From a virus (lineage: Duplodnaviria; Caudoviricetes), in IMG/VR virus record IMGVR_UViG_3300042290_000064, positions 1-38,323 of that record: a stretch of 38,323 nt of DNA. One strand, 5' to 3'. Positions 9,436 through 17,803 of this stretch are shown here, in pieces. Every line of letters starts with the position of its first letter. Position 1 is the stretch's first letter. The notes beneath the pieces were generated by a model. That model worked only from the letters and a program-made list of their open reading frames with translations. It was not told the origin of the DNA and searched no databases. A program made the position numbers and the translations under genes.

Positions 9436-9785
9436 CTCTTGGCTCCCTTGATGCTGTCCATGTAGGCCTTCAGCACCGCTACCGCGAGGAAGGGTACCTC
9501 CAGCAGTTGCTGCAGCGCCTTCTGGCTGAAGGGGATCTCCTTGCCATCGTCGCCGGTCACGCCGGACCAGCCGACCAGCAGCTCGGCCGCCATCTCGGTG
9601 ATGCGCTCCAGGTCGCCCAGATCCTCCAGCTTTTGCAGCTCGGCCACCATCGGGCCGATCTTGCTCTGCGGATGGCGCTTGAACTCACCGTCGAATGTTT
9701 GCCGTTCATGCCGGCCACCATCAACGGGAACGTCGAAAGTGACCGGCCAGACGTAGGTGTCGGACTGCTTGAGAACAAACGCCAT
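9426..9785 (-). CDS. Tail assembly chaperone G
   Basis: 119 aa between tail tube and tape measure; LVGWSGVTGDDGKEIPFS motif; ends at a slippery heptamer. Confidence 0.85.
   Translation of the reverse strand: MAFVLKQSDTYVWPVTFDVPVDGGRHERQTFDGEFKRHPQSKIGPMVAELQKLEDLGDLERITEMAAELLVGWSGVTGDDGKEIPFSQKALQQLLEVPFLAVAVLKAYMDSIKGAKRKN
9429..9435 (-). other. Programmed -1 frameshift slippery site A AAA AAC
   Basis: The minus strand reads AGA AAA AAC TGA; an X XXY YYZ heptamer sits just before the G stop and the -1 frame is open to 9109. Confidence 0.85.
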
Positions 9786-9796
9786 GCAGGGGGCTC

Positions 9797-10960
9797 CTAT
9801 TGGAAGGTGAGGGTTAGCTCGTCGTTACCAGCGCTGGAGGGGATTGCCACATAGGGCAGGTTCAGCATCTGGATGCCGTCCTGGTCAGAATAGGACGGGT
9901 TGCCGATGTCAACCGTAGGCGCCAGCAGGGTAACAATGTTTCCGGCGGTGGTGCCATGTTGGAAGCTCACCAGCCCGGTGGTGTCATCGTTGGCGATCGT
10001 GAAGTAATCCTTCTCCGCGATGGTCGGCGCCTCGATCACAGCCGTGCCGCTGGGCGCGCGGTTGGTGATGCTCACGGTCTTGGTGCAGCCAACCAGCTCC
10101 CGATAGATCACCTCGTTGGCGATGTCGAAGCTGAGCGACTGGACGCAAGCAGAGGCATAGCCGAGGATCGACACGCCCAGCGTGTTGCCCGCCTTGAAGA
10201 TCACCGGCGTCGCCTGGTCGGCGTAGGTGACGGCCGGCGCAGCGGTGTCGGTCGGGGCGTTGTAGATGCCGGTCATTGTGAAGCTAATCACCGGGATCTG
10301 CCCCACTTCGCAGTTCAGGTTGAAAGTGCCGCGGCAGCCGGTGGCCTTGTGCAGCACGCCCGAGTTGTTGAAGTAAATCGTGCAGCTCTCAAAGCTCTCG
10401 CTCACAGGCTTGTAGCCCACGTTTGCCGAGATGCTGTAGGCGCTGCTGGCGCCCGGCGTGAAGGCGGTCGTGGTCTTCCGAACCGTCGCCACCTTGGTGG
10501 TGCCGTTGTAGGCGGTGATGATGCCCTTGTCGCCGCTGCCGGTGCCGCTGGTGATCGAGATCACCATGCCGTTGTAGATGTTGTTGGTTGCGCTTGCACC
10601 AGCTGCCAGCGTGATCGAGCCAGCGGCGCCAGCTTGAGCGCTGCCGGTCACAGCTGCAGCGGTGGTGGTGGCAGCCAGGCCGCAGGAGCGCAGCAATGCG
10701 TCCAGCTTGCTGGCGGTGCCAGCAGAGCCGGAGCCGGCCAGCTCAGCCTCAAAGGTGATGCTGACGCGGGTGTTGGAAAGCAGCTGCGTTGAGTTGCCCA
10801 GATAGGGACGGATCAGATCGCGGCTGACGGTTTCGGCCTCGATCGGAGTGATCTCAAGGTTGCGCACCAGAACCGCTTCACTGCCGGTTGGCGTGGGATC
10901 GGTTCCATAGGTGCCTTCAATCTCAGCCAGGATCAGGCGTTTGCGGCTCAGGAGCGGCAT
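9797..10960 (-). CDS. Major tail tube protein with an inserted beta-rich domain
   Basis: 387 aa; RKRLILAEIEGTYGTDP, SRDLIRPYLG, HGTTAGNIV, GNDELTL; located between the terminator gene and the chaperone. Confidence 0.85.
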   Translation of the reverse strand: MPLLSRKRLILAEIEGTYGTDPTPTGSEAVLVRNLEITPIEAETVSRDLIRPYLGNSTQLLSNTRVSITFEAELAGSGSAGTASKLDALLRSCGLAATTTAAAVTGSAQAGAAGSITLAAGASATNNIYNGMVISITSGTGSGDKGIITAYNGTTKVATVRKTTTAFTPGASSAYSISANVGYKPVSESFESCTIYFNNSGVLHKATGCRGTFNLNCEVGQIPVISFTMTGIYNAPTDTAAPAVTYADQATPVIFKAGNTLGVSILGYASACVQSLSFDIANEVIYRELVGCTKTVSITNRAPSGTAVIEAPTIAEKDYFTIANDDTTGLVSFQHGTTAGNIVTLLAPTVDIGNPSYSDQDGIQMLNLPYVAIPSSAGNDELTLTFQ

Positions 10961-11093
10961 GGCTCAATACCTCTTCTTGGGGTTCGGAGGGAGTAGCCGG
11001 CGCCGTCCGCTCGATGAGCTTCCGTTTGCCGGTTTTCGGGTTCAGCAGGTAGGAACCGCCTTTGCCCGCGTGTTCATCCACCATGGTAGCCAT
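10923..11093 (-). CDS. Small hypothetical protein (56 aa) upstream of the tail tube
   Basis: Own translation: MATMVDEHAGKGGSYLLNPKTGKRKLIERTAPATPSEPQEEVLSHAAPEPQTPDPG; start coupled (TGATG) to the upstream stop; fills an otherwise empty gap. Confidence 0.65.
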   Translation of the reverse strand: MATMVDEHAGKGGSYLLNPKTGKRKLIERTAPATPSEPQEEVLSHAAPEPQTPDPG

Positions 11094-11521
11094 CACGCTG
11101 TTGCCAGATTAGTCACGCTGGTGCGGTAGCGGATCAGATAGTCGCAGCTGATCACACCCGCGGGCTGATCAGCCTCGACCATTTCAAAGCTCACCGACTG
11201 CGGCTGTATGTCGATGGCATAGCCGCCCAGCGTCAGGTCTGCCATCAACTTGCTGTGCAGGCTCTCCACGATTGGGTCGGCCAACTGGTCCGGGATGGTG
11301 CCGCGCACGATCACCGACACCCGCACCGTCAGGCTCCAGTCCAGCGTCGGCAGGCTGGTGTTCTGCTCAGCCGTATCATTTACCGGCTCGATCACGATCG
11401 CCGGGCTTTCGGCCCGTGCCATCGGCTCCACGCGGCTGCGATAGATCCGCGTGCCAACGCCGGTGGTGTCAGTGAGCGCCGTGCGGACAGCGGCCAGGAT
11501 GGTTTCGCGCTTGGTAGTCAT
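11093..11521 (-). CDS. Tail terminator / gpU-like protein
   Basis: 142 aa; KRETILAAV...RIYRSR...PAIVIEP...LMADLTLGG...YLIRYRT; synteny before the tail tube. Confidence 0.75.
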   Translation of the reverse strand: MTTKRETILAAVRTALTDTTGVGTRIYRSRVEPMARAESPAIVIEPVNDTAEQNTSLPTLDWSLTVRVSVIVRGTIPDQLADPIVESLHSKLMADLTLGGYAIDIQPQSVSFEMVEADQPAGVISCDYLIRYRTSVTNLATA

Positions 11522-11524
11522 GGT

Positions 11525-12163
11525 TTAGGCCGAGGCGACTTGAACAACGGTGCAGACGATCCCTGGAATGCTGGGGTGTGCCGGACTGGTTTCTGCATCC
11601 TCGGCGTGGATGTATGCCTGCACGTTGCTGGTCATCCACATCAGCTCTAGGTAATCGCTTGCGACAAGTGGCAGCACGAAGTTCACCGTGCCAATCACGT
11701 TGCCATCAACGTTGCCATGCCTTGCAATGATGCTGAACCGGCTATCGGTTGCCGGCACGTCGCCAGCACTGCCGTCGTTATTCTTGCGCAGCCAAACGTT
11801 GATGTCGTGAATCGAGCTATCCGTATTGCTGAACTGAATCGAGAACGTGAGGCTATAGATCCCAGCGTGATCGACCGTGATCCGCTCATTCGAGATGATC
11901 CTTACGGCACGACTGGCCGCGTCAGCCTGCCGCAACTTGATCGCGTAGGGCGTGTTGATGGCTGCCGCTACCTGGGATGTGCTGTCCCAAAAAGAGCCCC
12001 AGTAGCCAGGGCAGCCGTGATACGGCAGGCTCGCCCATGGTGACCGGCCATTACCGATCTTCAGGTTGCTGGTGTCGCTTTCAAGGCCAGGTTCGCCGGC
12101 CATGAGGACCGGATTGAGCGTTGCCCACTGGCTGCGTGTGTTGACCTTGAAGGGGCTGCTCAT
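11525..12163 (-). CDS. Virion fibre protein: Mtd-N-like N-terminal domain plus C1q/TNF-like beta-sandwich
   Basis: WATLNPVLMAGEPGLESDTSNLKIGNGRSPWASLPY followed by GIYSLTFSIQF...INVWLRKN...DYLELMW. Confidence 0.7.
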   Translation of the reverse strand: MSSPFKVNTRSQWATLNPVLMAGEPGLESDTSNLKIGNGRSPWASLPYHGCPGYWGSFWDSTSQVAAAINTPYAIKLRQADAASRAVRIISNERITVDHAGIYSLTFSIQFSNTDSSIHDINVWLRKNNDGSAGDVPATDSRFSIIARHGNVDGNVIGTVNFVLPLVASDYLELMWMTSNVQAYIHAEDAETSPAHPSIPGIVCTVVQVASA

Positions 12164-12438
12164 GTCTTCTGCAATGCGATCTGAACAAACTTGCCGTCAT
12201 CGATCAGCATCGTCTCGCGCACCGTGTAGGCCACGCTGTCGACTGTGATAGAGCTGCCGCGGATCAAGCTGCCGAAGCTGGAAGCTCGTGCCGTCAATGT
12301 GTAATCAGTGCTGAGCACCATGCCATCGCTCAGGATCTGGCTTGGCATGTCCAAGATCCCATTGGCAGTAACGGCGCCAGCTGTGCAGCTGACGCCGAAG
12401 TCTGCCAGGAAGATGTCCAGATCTTCCGTGATCGCCAT
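12160..12438 (-). CDS. Head-tail adaptor / head closure protein (gpFII-like)
   Basis: 92 aa; FLADFGV...GILD.P...ITVDSVAYTVRE..IDDG; synteny. Confidence 0.7.
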   Translation of the reverse strand: MAITEDLDIFLADFGVSCTAGAVTANGILDMPSQILSDGMVLSTDYTLTARASSFGSLIRGSSITVDSVAYTVRETMLIDDGKFVQIALQKT

Positions 12439-12827
12439 CAGCTGTACTTCTTGGAGCCGAGAGCTTGAACTGAAACGGCACCAGTGCCAGTGCCGCCGGT
12501 CACCGTGAAGAGCACGCGAACATAGCGACGCAGGTCGTTGCTGTCCAGGTAGATCTTCTGACGAAATGCAGTGTTCGCAGCAGCAGCGGTGAAGCCGCCA
12601 CCGGTCACGTCAGTGAAATCGCCAGCGGTGGTGGTGTTGCTGTGTTGAATCTTGGCAGTCAGGGTGACGCCAGAGCCGGCAGCAGCTCCATCGATGATGA
12701 AAGCGACGTCGCCTTCATAATCGACCAGGTCAACGTTGGCAGGGGTGCCAGCACCGGTTGATGCGACGACAGCGTTGTTGTGAATGGAAAGCAGGTCAGT
12801 CTTTGACCCAAGGTTGTGGATGGTCAT
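12438..12827 (-). CDS. Capsid decoration/cement-like protein
   Basis: 129 aa, beta-rich (VDLVDYEG, KIQHS, FTDVTGGGF, RRYVRV); just downstream of the capsid gene. Confidence 0.6.
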   Translation of the reverse strand: MTIHNLGSKTDLLSIHNNAVVASTGAGTPANVDLVDYEGDVAFIIDGAAAGSGVTLTAKIQHSNTTTAGDFTDVTGGGFTAAAANTAFRQKIYLDSNDLRRYVRVLFTVTGGTGTGAVSVQALGSKKYS

Positions 12828-13030
12828 GGTTTTGCCCTCCGTCGAGGGGTAGAAGGTTTGCGTGAAGGTAGAGAAATAGTCTCAACCACTTCGGCCACCT
12901 GGGCGGCGGCCACCATTGCTTTGCCGATGCCGATTAGGAGCTTGGCGTCGGAAGGGGATGCCTCAATGACATCCCCAACACGAACCACCTGGCCCGCCAG
13001 CATCGTTTGCCGTAGGACCTGGATCAACAT
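12824..13030 (-). CDS. Hypothetical head-region protein (68 aa)
   Basis: Translationally coupled to the capsid stop; GQVVRVGDVIE...AKLLIGIGKA and a basic tail. Confidence 0.7.
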   Translation of the reverse strand: MLIQVLRQTMLAGQVVRVGDVIEASPSDAKLLIGIGKAMVAAAQVAEVVETISLPSRKPSTPRRRAKP

Positions 13031-15672
13031 CAGAGGGAATCGTTGCCGCGGCTGAAGGACTCAGGATGACGGACAGCGATGTCCACGTCCTGCATCGCAA
13101 CCACGCGAACGGTGCCGCTGGTGCTGTTGCTATAGGGGTCGACCATGATGTCGAGTCCGCTGAAGTAGCCGATGATCAGGTCGGCGAAGTTGCCAAACCA
13201 CAGATCGCCGGATGCCACTTGATTGGACAGCACACCGCGATAGCCGTTCACCTCGTTGCCATCCATGATGAACATGCCGGAACCGGCGTCCTTCTTGGTG
13301 GTCTTGAGGCTGCCGCGCATAGCAGCGTTCATCAGGTAGACAGGGTTGCCCAGCAGCGCGTTGGCGGTTGCCACGTCGCTCTCAAGTGCCACCACTTCCT
13401 CGAAGGTCGGGGCAGCAGCGGCGAAGTTCTCGGTGCCGATGCCGGTGGTCAGCTTCAGGCCGAGGGGCTCGCTGTTGCTGCCGGTGCCGTACAGACCAGC
13501 CAGGTCGATCTTGAGCGCCAGCACGCGGGCCAGATCGCCCCGGACCATGTTCTCCACGTCAATGGAGGACTGGATCATCAGGCGGCGGCTGTAGTCAGTG
13601 AACGCGGCCACCGTCTTGGGGGTCAGGCTGACCTGATCCACAGTTTGCTGCGACTCGGTAGGAGCGCCGCTCTCAGCCACCCAGTAGGCGGTGGCAGCAC
13701 CCGACTGGCGGGGGATGGCGACGTTGCCGGTCAGGCCGGTCAGCACGGTGGCGCCAGCTTGATCCAGGGCCGAAGCGTTGCGCAGCAGGTCGATGAAGCT
13801 GCCAGCGTCGAGCATGGTCTCAACCAGGTTGCCGCCAGCCGTAGCCGCGCCAACGTTCAGATCGCGACGCAGCACGTCCTGGGGGATCGTGATGCCACGG
13901 GACTGACGGCCGAGCTTAGAAGCAGCAGCCTCGGATGCTTCGATCTCGAACGCTGCAGCCTCACGGGCCGAACGATCGGTCGGGTTGGAGAGATAGTTGA
14001 TGGCACGCAGGAAGGAGAAATTACGGCTCTCCTTCTCGCTCATGCCGATGTCGGCGGCGCTCATGGTCACAGGCTCCTGTTGAATGTTCATTTTGTCGAG
14101 AACAGCGGCACGGGCCTCGTCGATTGAACGACCAGACTCGACCAGCTGACGGCCCAGATCGCCCATGTTGTGCTTGTCGCACAAGGCGGAGATCTCATTG
14201 ATGCGGGAGCGCTCAGCCTCGGCGGCTTCGGCCCGCACCACGGCCAGATCGGGGGTGGTGGATTCCATTGAAGGAAGGGGATCAGGGGATGGTGCTGCCG
14301 AAGCAGCAGGGTCCGTGGGCGTCAACGCGCGGCCAATGCCCACAGTTTTGTCAGCGGGAACGCTGACGATCGACACCTCGTAAGGTGCCCAGGCAGTAGC
14401 AACAAAGTCACCACTGCCGCGCTCCTCCATTCTGTCGATGGAGTAGCCGAAGGACACATTCCGTAGAACGCCGTCCTTCACATCACTCAGGACTTCCTGA
14501 GCAAACGGGTTGCGGCTAAACCGCACCCGCGCATAGCCGCGCCGTCCTTTGCTATCAATCCTCGCCTGTTCAACCACGCCGATCACACGATCAGGGTTGT
14601 GGTTAAACAGCAGCGGCGCGCCATCGTTCAAGCGACTGAGATCAGCTGCATTCGCCTCGTGGCTCAGGATCTCGTTGCCGAAGTAGCGCGCAACAGGGAA
14701 CTCAGAGCTGAATGGGAACTCATAAGTGCGGTCCTCCACTTCGTCAAAAGTGGTCAGTTCAGCGCGCTGATACTTGCCGATGCCAGGCATGGCCCGCAGT
14801 GCATCGATCTTGTTCAGCGTCGAAAACTTATGGCCCACCATCGTCTCGGTTGCTTCCCATCCCTCTTCGCCTTCGCGATAGATGCGGATCAGCGCAGCAG
14901 GGTCTTCTGCTGTTGCGTCGATGCTGAACTCAGTACCAGGGACGCCAAGCGTGCCCTCGCGCATAATGTGCTCGATCCTGCCCTGGGCAGTGCCGCAGCT
15001 CGAATCCCAGCGCACAAAGTCGCCTTCGGTCAGCTCGTCAGCAGCTGCGCGAATGCGCTCGCCTTCGACGTCACCTGTTGCCTCCTCAAACTCGATCGGC
15101 TCAAAGTCATGCTCGGCCAACCAGGTGCGGGCCTCGGCTGCGGTGTACACCGAACTGCGGAACCGGATTGCCTGCAGCTCGCTCTCGCCTTCCTTCACGC
15201 CATAGATGAAATCAACGCCGGTGCCGCCTTCATCGTTGACGCGGCGCAGCGAATCGTACTGAGCCGGATCTTCCAATCGTGCAGCGTGTTCGTTCGGGTA
15301 GGGGCGCTCCATCTCCATCGCGCTTCTGTCTTGTAGTTCTTTGATTCTATCGGCCTTGCTAATCGACCAAGTCTGCCCAGCGTCGCCGCCCCAGGCAGCC
15401 CATGCCACGCGGCCCGGGGACGGATAACCATCTTCGTCAGGGCTGAACCCTTCGCCTTGCTTGTCCACCTCATGCCGCGCAAACCATGCCGCCATCGTGA
15501 TGACAGTGTCGGGCGACAGCTCATCACCGCTCAAGATCTGACTGGCCCTAGTCGCTGCCACCTCGGTGCCACCCTGCTCGCCTTCACCCTTCCAGTCGCG
15601 GTAGCGCTGCGCTTCTGTCCGCATCCCATCAGTCGGCATCAGGTCAATCTCGGCGCCGTTGACGTTTGCCAT
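13030..15672 (-). CDS. Polyprotein: three accessory domains, HK97-family prohead protease, scaffold and HK97-fold major capsid protein
   Basis: Protease motifs PLLFNH(358), NVSFGY(S407), YEVSIVSVPAD..VGIGR; capsid motifs AGGNLV, GNVAIPRQ, AYWVAES, FGNFADL, DVDIAVRHPESF. Confidence 0.92.
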   Translation of the reverse strand: MANVNGAEIDLMPTDGMRTEAQRYRDWKGEGEQGGTEVAATRASQILSGDELSPDTVITMAAWFARHEVDKQGEGFSPDEDGYPSPGRVAWAAWGGDAGQTWSISKADRIKELQDRSAMEMERPYPNEHAARLEDPAQYDSLRRVNDEGGTGVDFIYGVKEGESELQAIRFRSSVYTAAEARTWLAEHDFEPIEFEEATGDVEGERIRAAADELTEGDFVRWDSSCGTAQGRIEHIMREGTLGVPGTEFSIDATAEDPAALIRIYREGEEGWEATETMVGHKFSTLNKIDALRAMPGIGKYQRAELTTFDEVEDRTYEFPFSSEFPVARYFGNEILSHEANAADLSRLNDGAPLLFNHNPDRVIGVVEQARIDSKGRRGYARVRFSRNPFAQEVLSDVKDGVLRNVSFGYSIDRMEERGSGDFVATAWAPYEVSIVSVPADKTVGIGRALTPTDPAASAAPSPDPLPSMESTTPDLAVVRAEAAEAERSRINEISALCDKHNMGDLGRQLVESGRSIDEARAAVLDKMNIQQEPVTMSAADIGMSEKESRNFSFLRAINYLSNPTDRSAREAAAFEIEASEAAASKLGRQSRGITIPQDVLRRDLNVGAATAGGNLVETMLDAGSFIDLLRNASALDQAGATVLTGLTGNVAIPRQSGAATAYWVAESGAPTESQQTVDQVSLTPKTVAAFTDYSRRLMIQSSIDVENMVRGDLARVLALKIDLAGLYGTGSNSEPLGLKLTTGIGTENFAAAAPTFEEVVALESDVATANALLGNPVYLMNAAMRGSLKTTKKDAGSGMFIMDGNEVNGYRGVLSNQVASGDLWFGNFADLIIGYFSGLDIMVDPYSNSTSGTVRVVAMQDVDIAVRHPESFSRGNDSL

Positions 15673-17231
15673 CAGTCCTCAGGGCCTTCTGCTGGATCCT
15701 CGAGGACTGACAGCTCCTCATACTCCTCCTCTTCTACTGGCGTCTCAGTGGCAGGCACTGGCATCGGGTGAACCGCACCGCTGTCAGCGACTTCGCTCGG
15801 ATCGCTGTCCGTAACAATGCCCATCTCATCCAGCATCGCCAGCTCGGCCTGACGTGCGATCAGCACATCATCCAGATCACCGCCTTGCTCGCTGATCACC
15901 TGGCCCAGCGTTTTGAAGCCACATCGCACGGCCGTCTTGTATGCCTCCACTTCACGCTGTGGATCGACCCATTCCCAGCTTCTCGGGATCCACCGGCTAG
16001 CCCGGTAGCGGTCGGGGTTGGTTTCGTAGCCCGGCAGATTCAGCGCACCGCTCAGCACCGCCATCTCAAGCCATGCCTCAAACACCGGCTGGTGGAAGTT
16101 TTCGATCATCGAGCGCTGGAGCACGCGATAGGTATCGCGTTCCTCGAGCAGGCTCAACCGGCTGCTGCTGTAGTTGCTCTCGCTGAAGTTCTTGCTGATG
16201 CTTTCAAAGCTCACCCCAACACCAGCCGCCACAGCGCGCAGCATGGACCGCGTGAACGGCTCCAGCTGACCGTCAGGTGCATTCAGATCGGGCACCGTCA
16301 CGCTTTCGCCTGGCGCCAGATACTTGAACACGCCTGGCGTGAACTCACTCACGCGCTGGCCTTCGTAGATCTCATCGCCAATCAACTCGCCCTCAGGCGA
16401 TTGGATGAATCCCATCAACGCGCTGCTGGCCCGGGCGCGCACCACTTCCGCTTCTTCGTAGCCCTGCAGCATGTGCAGCCGCATCAGCGCTGATGCAAAC
16501 CATGTGACGCCCCTGGTCTGGCCTGGCCGCTCCGGCAGGAACAGATGGATCACCTCATCAGCAGGAACCCGGATCCGCCGGCCATTGGTCCGCGGGTTGC
16601 CTGCATAGGTGTCGCCCGGGTGGTTTGCGTAGAAGTGGTAAGCCTGCGGCCGCAGGTAGCCGTCCACCTCGATGCCCATCCGAACCGTGTTGCCGTCCGC
16701 TGCTTGCGGCACGTCATCGTCAATCAGGTAATCAGCCTCAAGGATCTGCAATGCGAACGGCACCCGCGAATCGCCAAACGGCCTACGGATCATCCGCACG
16801 AACACCTCGCCCGATTCGGCCATGCTCCGCGCCAGCAGCCGCTCGATGTCATGAAAACCCAGAAGCCCGCTCACATCGCAGCGGCTCTTGTGCATCCACC
16901 GCTCCCATTGCTCGTGGATCTGGCCGTTGATCGCCTCATCCAGTCGCCCGCCGCGCAGCATCCGCACCTGCGACTGATGCTTGATCCCGTGCCCGATCAC
17001 GTTGTTCTGGATCGCGCGCACTGCCTGCCGCGCGTAATCGTTGTCACGCACCAGTTGCCGCGCACGGTTGCGCAATGCCTTAAAGCTGGACTTGATCTCG
17101 CTGTCGGCGCTGGTGCCGCTTGTAACCCAGTCGGCAGTCAGCCGGCTCACCCGTGCGCCTTGATACGCCCGGCGTTGGGGTCGCGTCGGCTCAAAACCCA
17201 TCGCCTTAAATAGCCGCGTGCGCAGTCCCAT
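15672..17231 (-). CDS. Portal protein, lambda family
   Basis: LRNRARQLVRDN, ESGEVF, GIEVD...P.AYH, ERPGQTRGV.WF, NYSSSR.SLLE, WVDPQREV. Confidence 0.95.
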   Translation of the reverse strand: MGLRTRLFKAMGFEPTRPQRRAYQGARVSRLTADWVTSGTSADSEIKSSFKALRNRARQLVRDNDYARQAVRAIQNNVIGHGIKHQSQVRMLRGGRLDEAINGQIHEQWERWMHKSRCDVSGLLGFHDIERLLARSMAESGEVFVRMIRRPFGDSRVPFALQILEADYLIDDDVPQAADGNTVRMGIEVDGYLRPQAYHFYANHPGDTYAGNPRTNGRRIRVPADEVIHLFLPERPGQTRGVTWFASALMRLHMLQGYEEAEVVRARASSALMGFIQSPEGELIGDEIYEGQRVSEFTPGVFKYLAPGESVTVPDLNAPDGQLEPFTRSMLRAVAAGVGVSFESISKNFSESNYSSSRLSLLEERDTYRVLQRSMIENFHQPVFEAWLEMAVLSGALNLPGYETNPDRYRASRWIPRSWEWVDPQREVEAYKTAVRCGFKTLGQVISEQGGDLDDVLIARQAELAMLDEMGIVTDSDPSEVADSGAVHPMPVPATETPVEEEEYEELSVLEDPAEGPED

Positions 17232-17800
17232 CAGAACCTCACGAACAGATTGTGGGGATTGCCCAGGCCATTGGCAATCAAATCCGCCATCTGCTCACGC
17301 TTCACTTCAGCCTTGAGCTTACTTTCAAGCTGCAGCAAGTCAGCCATGTCGTACTTCTTCAGGTTGCGGTTGCCGATCGTGTATTCCTTCGCAACACCAC
17401 CAGCGACAATCGCGCGGATCGCCGCCTGCACCGCATCCAGATCCTGCTGTGCCTGCGACCGGCCATCAACTGCGCCGGGTGTGCCGCTATAGCTCAGGCT
17501 CCGCAGCACCGTCAGCTGGCCAGAGCCCAGCGTCACCGTGCTGCCAGTCTTGGTCGCAACCGCCTGCCAAAACCACTGGCCAGCATCGAACGCCACGCTG
17601 GTGGCTGCAGTGATCGTGAACTCCCAACCAGTTCCGTAGGCGGCGCCAACTGCCGTAGCACCTTCGCTCGCCGTGTTAGTCCGGAGGTAATAGGTCAGCG
17701 TGTAGTCCGAGCTGCTCACCACATTGCCCAAATTGTCAGCACCAGGGACGTCCCGCCACTGAATCGTGTCGCCTGCCCTGATTTCGCTGGGGATGTTCAC
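17231..17800 (-). CDS. Head completion protein (gpW-like C-terminus with an extra N-terminal domain)
   Basis: Located between terL and portal, like lambda W; C-terminal EYTIGNRNLKKYDMADLLQLESKLKAEV...FVRF. Confidence 0.7.
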   Translation of the reverse strand: MNIPSEIRAGDTIQWRDVPGADNLGNVVSSSDYTLTYYLRTNTASEGATAVGAAYGTGWEFTITAATSVAFDAGQWFWQAVATKTGSTVTLGSGQLTVLRSLSYSGTPGAVDGRSQAQQDLDAVQAAIRAIVAGGVAKEYTIGNRNLKKYDMADLLQLESKLKAEVKREQMADLIANGLGNPHNLFVRF

Positions 17801-17803
17801 GGC

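Noticed and set aside
11525-12163. Diversity-generating retroelement (suggested by Mtd-N and the near-identical repeat in the fibre gene)
   Set aside because: No reverse transcriptase or TR/VR pair was seen, and the single repeat mismatch is T/C on the coding strand rather than adenine-specific.
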